Shown one piece after another: positions 40,309-48,899 of a stretch of 64,000 nucleotides of DNA. This DNA comes from an uncultured virus (IMG/VR IMGVR_UViG_3300025769_000086) (lineage: Duplodnaviria > Heunggongvirae > Uroviricota > Caudoviricetes): IMG/VR virus record IMGVR_UViG_3300025769_000086. One strand, 5' to 3'. The position numbers were made by a program, and so were the translations under genes. Below the pieces are notes generated by a model. It was not told the DNA's origin. It saw nothing but the letters and a program-made list of their open reading frames with translations, and did no database searches. Each line of letters begins with the position of its first letter. Positions within the stretch are counted from its first letter, which is position 1.

Positions 40309-40326
40309 GGTGTAAAAATTACACCA
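40308..40326. promoter_or_regulatory. Palindrome TGGTGTAA-AAA-TTACACCA, operator-like
   Basis: Perfect 8-bp arms with 3-nt spacer abutting the ATG of micropeptide a. Confidence 0.45.
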
Positions 40327-40514
40327 ACGGTTCTTCTATATTTCCCTTTCCTGCATCATAAGAAAGAGAGGGGGGAACAGCATCAGAGGAGAAAGAAGTA
40401 CCTCTGTTCTACGGCGGGTAATACACGATAAGATGTATAGAACGATGTTATAAAAGAAAATATGTTGCAAACTGTTTTTAAAATGTAGAAACCCCCGACA
40501 AACGCTAAGAGGTT

Positions 40515-40691
40515 TTATTTTATAATTTTTTTGAACACAGAATCTTCCCAAAGATGACCACATTCTCTACATTTCCAAATGTATACTCTTGTTCTTTTTT
40601 CATCGTGAAATCTTCCAGAAATCCTGATAGGTATGTGTCTGTGGTTACATTTTCTACAAGATACTTTTAATCGCTCAGAAAGTTTTTTCAT
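40515..40691 (-). CDS. TFS/TFIIS C-terminal-like zinc-ribbon microprotein (58 aa)
   Basis: Hand translation: CRKC...RFHDEKRTRVYIWKCRECGHLWED; TAATG-coupled to the thermosome stop. Confidence 0.65.
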   Translation of the reverse strand: MKKLSERLKVSCRKCNHRHIPIRISGRFHDEKRTRVYIWKCRECGHLWEDSVFKKIIK

Positions 40692-42184
40692 TACTCCATG
40701 CCTCTTTTTGCAATAATGTCGTCAATTTTTAATATTGCAGTTGTAACTTCAGTTGCACTAAGAATTGCTTGTCTTACTAAATCACAGGGTTCAACAACAC
40801 CATCTTCCAACATATTTGTAATACCACCCTCTTCTACATTAACACCCATATGATAGTCACCATCTGATATAGCGTGTCTCATATCGAGAATTACATCCAA
40901 TGGGTCGTGTCCTGCATTTTCCGCTATGGTTGCTGGTAGTATTTCTAAAGAATCTGCAAATGCGTTAATAGCCATCTGTGCTCTACCCTCGACAGTATTA
41001 GCCTTCATTCTCAAATGATTAGCCAAAGCCGCATATGTAGACCCTCCACCTGTAACAATTTTCCCTCCATTTAATACCAAAGACACTACACCTAATGCAT
41101 CATCAAAACCACGAGCGACTTCATCAAGAGTAGAACTTGTTGCTCCTCTCAAAATTAATGTTGACTGATTAGATTCAACTTTTCCACTAACGAATAAATA
41201 ATTTATTTCATTAAACGTCTTTCTTTTTATTAGACCTGAAATCACATTCTCTATATCATCAGGAGTCTGTGCTATACGAGAACCTAATGCTAATCCTAAT
41301 GCTTTCATTGATGATTCAGGTACTCTTCTAACAATTGCTATATTTTGTTTTGCTAAGTAAGCAGCAACATCATCGGTAACTCCATCTCTAATGAACACCA
41401 CACCACCATTTGGTAACATATTACCAATTCTTTTTGCTTGTGTGAGTAAATCATCTGTGTCACTTTTCTTAAATGCGTTGTAACCTTTCATATCTACTTG
41501 TACTGTAACATTTTCTTCTCTCTTTACAGGTTCTAAACCAGTGTTAAGTAATATAACATTAGAAAGATTTTCTTCCTGTACTTCATAAACAAAATCTTTG
41601 TTGACTACAACACCGTTGAAGAAATAAGAATCAGATAATGCACCACCAGCCAATCCAACAACTTTTACTTTGTCTGCACTTCCTGCAACATTAACTGCTT
41701 CAACACATAGTTTAGACACTTGGTCTATTGCTGCTTCTAATGTTTTTCCAGTAACTGAGGTTTTTGCTATTTGTAATATTTCTTGTTCATTTGCTTCATA
41801 AGATAGTCGATTATCTAAGAAATCAATAGCCATAGTAGCCGCTTGATTATATCCTTTACATACTAAGTTAGGATGTAATCCTTTTGTGAAAAGATTTTCT
41901 GAATCTGCTAATAATTGACCTGCCAGTATTACAGTAGATGTTGTGCCATCATAACACAATGCTTCTTGTGTTTTAGCAATATCAACCATCATTTTTGCAC
42001 CGGGATGGCTAACATCTAATTCTCTTAGTATTGTTGCACCATCATTAGTGATTATTGTATCACCGCCAGCATCAACCATCATTTTATCTCGACCCATTGG
42101 ACCAAGTGTACTTTTGACAGTATCTACAATCGTTCTTGCTGCTCTTATATTATTTTGTAAGGGGTTCATTCTTTCATCTTTCAT
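40691..42184 (-). CDS. ths: Group II chaperonin (thermosome subunit)
   Basis: STLGPMGRDKM, ITNDGATIL, (Y)DGTTS, TLILRG, GGG, ILKIDD motifs. Confidence 0.95.
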   Translation of the reverse strand: MKDERMNPLQNNIRAARTIVDTVKSTLGPMGRDKMMVDAGGDTIITNDGATILRELDVSHPGAKMMVDIAKTQEALCYDGTTSTVILAGQLLADSENLFTKGLHPNLVCKGYNQAATMAIDFLDNRLSYEANEQEILQIAKTSVTGKTLEAAIDQVSKLCVEAVNVAGSADKVKVVGLAGGALSDSYFFNGVVVNKDFVYEVQEENLSNVILLNTGLEPVKREENVTVQVDMKGYNAFKKSDTDDLLTQAKRIGNMLPNGGVVFIRDGVTDDVAAYLAKQNIAIVRRVPESSMKALGLALGSRIAQTPDDIENVISGLIKRKTFNEINYLFVSGKVESNQSTLILRGATSSTLDEVARGFDDALGVVSLVLNGGKIVTGGGSTYAALANHLRMKANTVEGRAQMAINAFADSLEILPATIAENAGHDPLDVILDMRHAISDGDYHMGVNVEEGGITNMLEDGVVEPCDLVRQAILSATEVTTAILKIDDIIAKRGME

Positions 42185-42188
42185 TATA

Positions 42189-42794
42189 TCACCATTCTAC
42201 GGGTATTTCAATTATTGCACCTGTTTCTAAAGACCTAGATTTTATAATACCATTGTCTTTACCATACATGTACAAATTGAATGTTAATTTACTATCTTTG
42301 AGACAGTATTCTGCTACTTCATTATACTTACCATTTCTCCAAGCAGTGGGTGCATCAATACTAGACATACTTTTTTGCATTTCTAAAGTACATCTTGAAA
42401 GCGACTGTAAACTAGTTTCTACTTTATTACCAATTGCTGCTTTAGCAACTAAATTTTTAGTATCAATAATATTTTCTGATTTACTCATAACATCACCTAT
42501 AGCCCAACAATCTAATGACTCTTTTAGTACGGGAAAATCAAAACCCATAATGTTATGTCCTAAAATCTGTCCTCCTTCTTGTATGTGTTTTGTGATATGG
42601 TCTCCTAAAATTTGCGGGTGTAAGGGGTGTACAATTGCTCCTCCTACAGTAATATCTTCTTTACAAAATATATGGGCATCATTCCCATCCCATGTTGCAA
42701 CTACTGATGTATCAAACATATTTTTATTATTCCACCCACCAATTTCCCAAGAAAAATTTGTTGTTTCTATATCTAATGCCATCACTTTATTCAT
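42189..42794 (-). CDS. DEDD/RNase H-like 3'-5' exonuclease
   Basis: LDIET, GHNIMGFDFPVL, YCLKD. Confidence 0.85.
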   Translation of the reverse strand: MNKVMALDIETTNFSWEIGGWNNKNMFDTSVVATWDGNDAHIFCKEDITVGGAIVHPLHPQILGDHITKHIQEGGQILGHNIMGFDFPVLKESLDCWAIGDVMSKSENIIDTKNLVAKAAIGNKVETSLQSLSRCTLEMQKSMSSIDAPTAWRNGKYNEVAEYCLKDSKLTFNLYMYGKDNGIIKSRSLETGAIIEIPVEW

Positions 42795-44191
42795 TTGTCA
42801 ATCCCTTCTTTGAGCCTAATGAACACTGTACGCCCATCCTTCGCTACATCGAACAAAGATTCGCCCCATTTATCAAAATTGTTATACGCACTCCCTCGTG
42901 AACAATCGTTTTGTGTTTCATAAACTTTGATTACTTTACTCTTCATTTGCCAACCTTCACCCTTGTTGCCTAATTCTATTTTCTCTACTTGTTGAGATGC
43001 AATGACCCATTTTCCTCTTTGTTGTGCTTTTTGTGCTACCTTTGGTCCTATTTCAACTTCGTCTTCTAACCACAATATCAACGCTTTAAATAAATCATAT
43101 AGTATATCTTTAGCCATATCAACATGGTCTCCTGTCACAACCCATGAATTATCCATCATTGCCATATGTGTAGCAAATATCACTGTGTTATTTTCCATAG
43201 CAGGTACGAAAGATGCAACAACTTCTGTGATTGCTGGATTTAACCCTACTAATAAATCATAATAATCTTCAATAGCATCATACAATGCAGGATAGAATGT
43301 AGATTCTTCTGCTGAAAATATTCTATTCATACATGATTGTAGTAAGTCTTCTTGGGTATCTCTATCCATACCATCCCACTCTACAAAAGATGTTTGTGTT
43401 TCTTCTAACACTTTATTTCTCAATCTTAATTCTAGTGTTTTAAAATATTCAGTAATATCATCATAACTAATTTTCATTTTTGGCATTATTCTAAATGCCG
43501 ACTCGCTTCTAGTGTGACTCACTGCCTTTCTTCTATCTAAATTCCAGTGAGACCAATATAACAATACTCTTTGAAATATACCTTTTGTTAATACATATTC
43601 TTTAACTCCACTAGGTGGATATGTAGTAATCCATAATGATACTAATGATTCAGTTTCTATACGACCTACTTTAGTATGTTTTACTAATTTGTTATTATTA
43701 CTACCTACTGGATTACAAGCAGATTGGAGATACAAAACAGTTTCTTGACTATGTTTGTTAGGATTTAGTATGATAGAACCTTCATCGAAGTTCAGTGCTT
43801 TTCTACCTGTCAGCATACCTTCTTTCAGTATGTCTTCTTTAGTACCGTCTTCATGCTGTACTACCTCAAAACCACCAATTAAACCAGCATCAGTACCAGT
43901 TGTATACAAGTCTGAAGGTACACCAACGTCAGCCAACACATCACCAATAAATTCCCATGCAATAGATTTTCCAGTTCTACTAGACTGAATCCAGAAAGTA
44001 TGTACTCTAGGGTCTAAATGACTTGAACCCCAAGGTATTCTAACATAAGGAACTGACACTTGACCTTGAATAAAGAAGAATGATAACATACCGGGTATGT
44101 CATTGTCAATCGATGTTTGATTAAAATGGTCAATGTATCCTGCAAAGATTGGGAACTTTTTGACTGCTTGGTAACTCTTTACTTCTCTCAT
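42791..44191 (-). CDS. Divergent MCM-like AAA+ helicase
   Basis: Walker A SSRTGKS, TGTDAGLIG (MCM S..GL), Walker B LNFDEG, arginine finger-like FQR; replication cluster. Confidence 0.65.
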   Translation of the reverse strand: MREVKSYQAVKKFPIFAGYIDHFNQTSIDNDIPGMLSFFFIQGQVSVPYVRIPWGSSHLDPRVHTFWIQSSRTGKSIAWEFIGDVLADVGVPSDLYTTGTDAGLIGGFEVVQHEDGTKEDILKEGMLTGRKALNFDEGSIILNPNKHSQETVLYLQSACNPVGSNNNKLVKHTKVGRIETESLVSLWITTYPPSGVKEYVLTKGIFQRVLLYWSHWNLDRRKAVSHTRSESAFRIMPKMKISYDDITEYFKTLELRLRNKVLEETQTSFVEWDGMDRDTQEDLLQSCMNRIFSAEESTFYPALYDAIEDYYDLLVGLNPAITEVVASFVPAMENNTVIFATHMAMMDNSWVVTGDHVDMAKDILYDLFKALILWLEDEVEIGPKVAQKAQQRGKWVIASQQVEKIELGNKGEGWQMKSKVIKVYETQNDCSRGSAYNNFDKWGESLFDVAKDGRTVFIRLKEGIDK

Positions 44192-44269
44192 ATTTTGACC
44201 TCATATGTGACTACCTTATAATTATTATGTATAGAAAGAATAATGGAATAATTAGATACATAATGTTGT

Positions 44270-44280
44270 TTTATATACTA
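44270..44280 (-). promoter_or_regulatory. TATA-box-like TAGTATATAAA upstream of helicase
   Basis: At the edge of an AT-rich 86-nt intergenic gap; identical 11-mer upstream of RFC. Confidence 0.45.
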
Positions 44281-44979
44281 ACGCCTTTTTGTTCTTTCAA
44301 TATGAACTGGTTCTTCACTTGTTAGAACATTCATTATTTTCTGTCTTAATGCTGGTCCTAAACCTTTTACATATTTCAACGACTCTTCAAAACACATTTC
44401 TTCAATACTGCCACACTCCGTTAACATTTTCTCTCCTGTTTCTCTTCCAATACCGGGTATAGCCATCAACATGTCTAATCTCACATCGTTTGTACTAACC
44501 CTTCTTATTGCCCTTGCACCATGACTAGATGCAGGTTTGTGTAATTTGTCGTGTAACTTTACAACAAACATAGCCGCTTCCGATTGATTTTCTGTAAAGA
44601 AAACCTGACATTCAAAATCACTCATTATTCTAGCAATAGTGCCTAGCAATTCGTTTTGTACTTTACTATATGTTACTTTGTAACCATTTCTTTTAGACAT
44701 CGCAACATGCTTTGCGATTGAACCGTGAATCAAAAGAAAGAATCTACTGTAGTTAGCATCTAAATTTTCTAATTGTCTCCAAAGGTGGCCGCTATGACTT
44801 GACATGAATAAATCACTAATTGATTTAGCCTCTATACATGCTTCGCCTAGAAGATAATCTCCTACTATCAAAGTTTTACGTACTACTGTCAATCCTTCTT
44901 TTTCTGCTCTCCTGATAATTGATTCGCAGAGAGTACCCCTTTCATTACTATCAATAAATAAATCCGGTTTATTTCGCAC
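44278..44979 (-). CDS. ERCC4/XPF (Hef-like) nuclease with HhH
   Basis: IDSNE, GDY, IEAKSISD (ERKxxxD-like), IPGIG and VKGLG HhH motifs. Confidence 0.85.
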   Translation of the reverse strand: MRNKPDLFIDSNERGTLCESIIRRAEKEGLTVVRKTLIVGDYLLGEACIEAKSISDLFMSSHSGHLWRQLENLDANYSRFFLLIHGSIAKHVAMSKRNGYKVTYSKVQNELLGTIARIMSDFECQVFFTENQSEAAMFVVKLHDKLHKPASSHGARAIRRVSTNDVRLDMLMAIPGIGRETGEKMLTECGSIEEMCFEESLKYVKGLGPALRQKIMNVLTSEEPVHIERTKRR

Positions 44980-45130
44980 CCTTTAACCTCCTTGTATTTC
45001 TTTTCCACACTAGATAACATGCACCACATCTAATTGTCTTAGGTTTATTATATCTCCATTGACCCTTAGTGTTGTATCCATTTAATTCAACTTTACAATC
45101 TTCACAATAAAATATTTTTTGTTCATTCAT
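44969..45130 (-). CDS. Zinc-finger microprotein (53 aa)
   Basis: Hand translation with CEDC...CGAC; ATGA-coupled to primase. Confidence 0.6.
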   Translation of the reverse strand: MNEQKIFYCEDCKVELNGYNTKGQWRYNKPKTIRCGACYLVWKRNTRRLKGAK

Positions 45131-46221
45131 ACTACGTCCTCCGCTGTACCATCATAATAATTACAAATACCTGTGCATAAACCTTCCATGATTAAAGTTT
45201 TACAATTAGAATAATTATAATTACCAAAAACTATGCTTTTAACTTGAGTAGTTGTAATGTTTCTATCAAAGTCAACCCAACCTTGTGCTTCGCATATATC
45301 CACAATTTTGTTAGAATGTTCATGTTTATCTTGTTCAGTTGCGTATTCTGGAGGAAACCAATACCTTAACCTAGCCGCTAAGTAATTCGCTAAATGGAAA
45401 CGTGCTCTATGAGTTGGATTACCTTCACCTAATGCTGCTTGAGCAATACAAGGTAACACTAAAATTTTATCAAGAGACACATCGGGTAAATCTATGTTTC
45501 TTTTTGTCTTTGTGAAAGTTACTTTTTGTTTCTCAGGTATTGTTAATTCAAATTTAATATTACCGTGTTTGATTGCACCACTTCTAGGTTCTTGTGCCAG
45601 TTCTATCAAATCATCGTGCGACAATTTCATTATTTCATCATGTTTCAATGGTATACTCCAACAACCTCTTTTCATGTTATATGAATTAGGTATTCTAATC
45701 ATACCCGCAGTATCAAATGCAACCGTAGGGTCGTTAGAAGGTAAATCTAATTCTTTATGTAATTTAATTAAATATTTTTTACCTGCATTTTTTATTCTAC
45801 TGACTTCTAATCCAGTGCTTGGTGTCAAAGTTTTATTCAATGGAATCCAAATATGAAATCCACCCCCTGACATCCAAATATAGTGTTCATAATCATTTAA
45901 TAAAAAATGCTGATGTAATCTTTTTACTTGTTCTTGTACAAATGCAAATTCAACTTCACGCCCTTTGTTTCTAAAATCTTTACAATCGAAATCTAAAACA
46001 AAATGTCTTATTATTGGTGTATTGTAATCAACTCTATGATGACGTGGTGCTTGTGTTGCTCTGTAACCGTAGGCAGTCATGTATACATTACCACTTCCGT
46101 TTTTACCTTTCCAATAGTTTGACAACTGTTTAGAATTATTTACTAATCTTCTAAATCCTTTATCACCATTAGAACCAATGTCTAACACTTCTCTAGGATA
46201 ATCAAACTCTATGAAACCCAT
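45127..46221 (-). CDS. Archaeo-eukaryotic primase, PriS catalytic domain fused to PriL-like C-terminal domain
   Basis: LDFD, SGGGFHIW, RIPNS AEP motifs; PCI..H.ARF.L..Y..C..C...C Fe-S domain pattern. Confidence 0.85.
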   Translation of the reverse strand: MGFIEFDYPREVLDIGSNGDKGFRRLVNNSKQLSNYWKGKNGSGNVYMTAYGYRATQAPRHHRVDYNTPIIRHFVLDFDCKDFRNKGREVEFAFVQEQVKRLHQHFLLNDYEHYIWMSGGGFHIWIPLNKTLTPSTGLEVSRIKNAGKKYLIKLHKELDLPSNDPTVAFDTAGMIRIPNSYNMKRGCWSIPLKHDEIMKLSHDDLIELAQEPRSGAIKHGNIKFELTIPEKQKVTFTKTKRNIDLPDVSLDKILVLPCIAQAALGEGNPTHRARFHLANYLAARLRYWFPPEYATEQDKHEHSNKIVDICEAQGWVDFDRNITTTQVKSIVFGNYNYSNCKTLIMEGLCTGICNYYDGTAEDVV

Positions 46222-46225
46222 CTAA

Positions 46226-46549
46226 TCACTTTTGCATTTTTTTATATTTGAGTAAAGCATTTCTTGAACAATAATCCATACCTTCGCTGTGACCATATAA
46301 ATCAAACACAGCACTATTCACTACTATATCTAGTGCCTGAAAGCCGCCATTGACATCATCTTCAGTAAAAGCATCTAATGTTAATTGTTTACCATTAAAC
46401 ACTCTCACTAACGGTCTATCTTTACTACCTTTTTCCATGAATGTTATATTCACTACAGGTTTTTCATTCTCAGAAAAATATTCATCTTTTTCAATATCTC
46501 CCATTATTATCATCTTCAATTCATTTTGTAATTTTGTTTCATTTTTCAT
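46226..46549 (-). CDS. Hypothetical protein
   Basis: ATGA-coupled start at 46549 (MKNETK). Confidence 0.6.
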   Translation of the reverse strand: MKNETKLQNELKMIIMGDIEKDEYFSENEKPVVNITFMEKGSKDRPLVRVFNGKQLTLDAFTEDDVNGGFQALDIVVNSAVFDLYGHSEGMDYCSRNALLKYKKMQK

Positions 46550-47511
46550 ACTTTTATACCCCCGTTCCAAGATGGACACAAATCCATAAAGTCGCACCAA
46601 GAACATAAGTTCTCATGCCTACAATATGATTTACAGGTGTCCTTGTGTATTGGTGGAAATTCATTTTTAACATGTGCTTCAACAAGTTTTTTTATTCTAT
46701 TGTTAACTGTTCTAGGTGCATACTTTGTCTTACTTGTACCTATTTCTTCTATTTCCCATTCTTTCTTTGTACCGTTTCTTACATCACCATCAGGAAATTC
46801 CCATGCCCAATGCGTGACGGGTAGAAACTCTTCCATGTGACCTTCTTCTAATAACATTTTATAAAATTGCATTTCTGTACGCATACTTGTTGCTTTCTTT
46901 GGATTCCATTTACCAGTTTTTAATTCCATAAGTACGAAGCCGCCCTCACTATCTGAAAAGATTCTATCAATGAAACCTTTCAGATGTACTGGGTATTTTT
47001 TACCATTGACTTCAACTTCAATTCTAGCATGACCCTCTACTTCATTACCAACAGGCTTCCAATCTTTACCTTTAGTGACCAGTAATCTATCCCATTGCCA
47101 TCTCAACCAAGTATCAATAATTGCATCTTCACCATACATGTAAGGTGATGGTGGTTTCGGTATCACTGTTTTTAGTTTCTCATAACCAAGAAGATGTTTT
47201 TCTTCTTCTATTAAGTTTAACACTTCAGGTAAGACACTATCCACATTTTTCCAAAAGTATTCACAAACGTCATGCACATTTGTTCCTTTTATCATATGTT
47301 CAGTTTCTTGCCCTCTATGACCTAGTATTTTAGTAAGATAGTATTGATATGGACACCAGTTAAAATCACCAAGACTTGACTTAGTTATTCTAAGGATGCC
47401 ATCATCATTAGGTTTCCAAGCATAACTACTTTCTTCATATGACTTCATCATTTCAGCGTTAGTATAATCAGAACTTTTCGTAAAAGATTCACCATTTGGA
47501 TTAAATTTCAT
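46546..47511 (-). CDS. Cas4-like PD-(D/E)xK exonuclease
   Basis: N-terminal WCP, GTNVH, GFIDRI, MELKTG, QFY, C-terminal CSWCDFMDLC. Confidence 0.85.
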   Translation of the reverse strand: MKFNPNGESFTKSSDYTNAEMMKSYEESSYAWKPNDDGILRITKSSLGDFNWCPYQYYLTKILGHRGQETEHMIKGTNVHDVCEYFWKNVDSVLPEVLNLIEEEKHLLGYEKLKTVIPKPPSPYMYGEDAIIDTWLRWQWDRLLVTKGKDWKPVGNEVEGHARIEVEVNGKKYPVHLKGFIDRIFSDSEGGFVLMELKTGKWNPKKATSMRTEMQFYKMLLEEGHMEEFLPVTHWAWEFPDGDVRNGTKKEWEIEEIGTSKTKYAPRTVNNRIKKLVEAHVKNEFPPIHKDTCKSYCRHENLCSWCDFMDLCPSWNGGIKV

Positions 47512-47512
47512 A

Positions 47513-47683
47513 TTAGTACCCCATATCCATTTTACTCGGAGTTATTCTAATATCCCCATTTTTAATTTTCATATACATCTCTACTGCCTCTTCTATACAA
47601 TTATGACAAATCATACCTTGACTACCGACAGTTTGCATTGCAATGGTAGTATTATACAGACTTGAACAACAACTACACTGCAT
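47513..47683 (-). CDS. C4 zinc-finger microprotein (56 aa, ClpX zinc-finger-like)
   Basis: CSCC...ICHNCI; GAGGAGG upstream. Confidence 0.6.
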   Translation of the reverse strand: MQCSCCSSLYNTTIAMQTVGSQGMICHNCIEEAVEMYMKIKNGDIRITPSKMDMGY

Positions 47684-47839
47684 CTATTCTTCCTCCTCAC
47701 ACGTACATTTATTTAATTCCCATTCTTCTATTTTCAATTCATCACCTATGTAACCCTGACACGATTCACATTCTTCTAAGTCACTGACATCTACATCAAA
47801 TGAATCAAAACCAACAACCATATGATTTTCCAAACTCAT
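47684..47839 (-). CDS. Acidic Cys microprotein (51 aa)
   Basis: CESC...CTC; ATGA-coupled. Confidence 0.55.
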   Translation of the reverse strand: MSLENHMVVGFDSFDVDVSDLEECESCQGYIGDELKIEEWELNKCTCEEEE

Positions 47840-47952
47840 GGTGAAGCCCCCGTAAGAGAAGGAACATAGTAGTAAAGAACTCTACCACATTTTTCACAAT
47901 TATCAATGAATTTGTCAGTGTGCCAGCCACATTTACAATACATTAAAATCAT
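47836..47952 (-). CDS. Zinc-finger microprotein (38 aa)
   Basis: CKCG...CEKCG; TGATG-coupled start at 47952. Confidence 0.55.
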   Translation of the reverse strand: MILMYCKCGWHTDKFIDNCEKCGRVLYYYVPSLTGASP

Positions 47953-48137
47953 CACTCTTCCTCCAGCATTATACATTTTTGCAAATAAATTGCTAGGTCC
48001 AAAGCCTCTTCCTGTGCATGGATTAACCATTCTTTACGAGATAAATCAGTTCTTTCCATTGTGGTATTATATTTATTTTCACCCAACTTTGCTCTTGCTT
48101 CTATTTTCTTTATTACTATATCTTCAATCTCACTCAT
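47952..48137 (-). CDS. Small MazG-like (all-alpha NTP pyrophosphatase-type) protein
   Basis: G..KY.TTMERTDL..EWL.HAQEEALD...Y pattern. Confidence 0.55.
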   Translation of the reverse strand: MSEIEDIVIKKIEARAKLGENKYNTTMERTDLSRKEWLIHAQEEALDLAIYLQKCIMLEEE

Positions 48138-48139
48138 AT

Positions 48140-48898
48140 TTATTCCTCATGGTCTATTATAACAACTGTCTTTTCTGTTGTTTCTGTTGTTTGTTCTATT
48201 ATCAACACAGTAGAATCACCAAAGTGTATCTGTGCTGGTGTATTCGTATCTATCATACAGATGCAAGGTAGTAACCAAGCACCGAAATTAGACACTGCTG
48301 TGTGGTTTGGACCTTCTGCATTTTCAAGAGTTGCCGATGCAAATATAGATGCACCGTTTCTTTTGAAGGCATTCAGAACAAACTCATTCTCATCTGCATT
48401 TGCTTTAATTTGAAAATTTGAATCACTGGATATTAATTTACCCAGTGATGATATTTTTACTATCTCATCGAAATTTACTGTGCCATGTACATCTAATGCC
48501 CCACGACCAAAGTTCTGCCATTGATTTTCTTTTGATGCTTTTACTAATCTATCAAAAGTCGGCACTCTTTGAGAACTAATGTTATCGAAACATGGTAATG
48601 TCATTTTCATGCTACCACATTGTAATGACAACCTATTACCTCTTCCTTGTTTTATTGTAACATCATTTTTACATTTCTTCAAGAAAGCACTTGTCTTCGA
48701 TAAATCTGATACATTCAATGTTCCTGTTGATGCTGGTGGTGTAGACAATGTTTCTTTGAAAGAAAGATAATGTGTCATGTAAGCAATCTTAAACGATATA
48801 TCATTTTCATTAACATGTAAGATTACATCTGTTACATTTTCACCTAACATCGTCAAGTATCTAAGCCACTGTTTTGGTGGTAGTGTTAATTCAACCAT
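48140..48898 (-). CDS. Divergent PCNA-like sliding clamp
   Basis: ~252 aa alpha/beta two-domain pattern directly after PolB; RFC present in the same cluster. Confidence 0.55.
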   Translation of the reverse strand: MVELTLPPKQWLRYLTMLGENVTDVILHVNENDISFKIAYMTHYLSFKETLSTPPASTGTLNVSDLSKTSAFLKKCKNDVTIKQGRGNRLSLQCGSMKMTLPCFDNISSQRVPTFDRLVKASKENQWQNFGRGALDVHGTVNFDEIVKISSLGKLISSDSNFQIKANADENEFVLNAFKRNGASIFASATLENAEGPNHTAVSNFGAWLLPCICMIDTNTPAQIHFGDSTVLIIEQTTETTEKTVVIIDHEE

Positions 48899-48899
48899 A

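Noticed and set aside
40336..40563. Listed 75-aa ORF and possible TAG readthrough into micropeptide a
   Set aside because: Overlaps the better supported TFS-like ORF in another frame and has no RBS; TAG is a normal stop elsewhere (8786, 44278, 47684), so no sign of recoding
46546..47511. Cas4-like gene as part of a CRISPR-Cas system
   Set aside because: No cas1/cas2 or repeat-spacer array seen; stand-alone Cas4-like nucleases are common in viral replication modules
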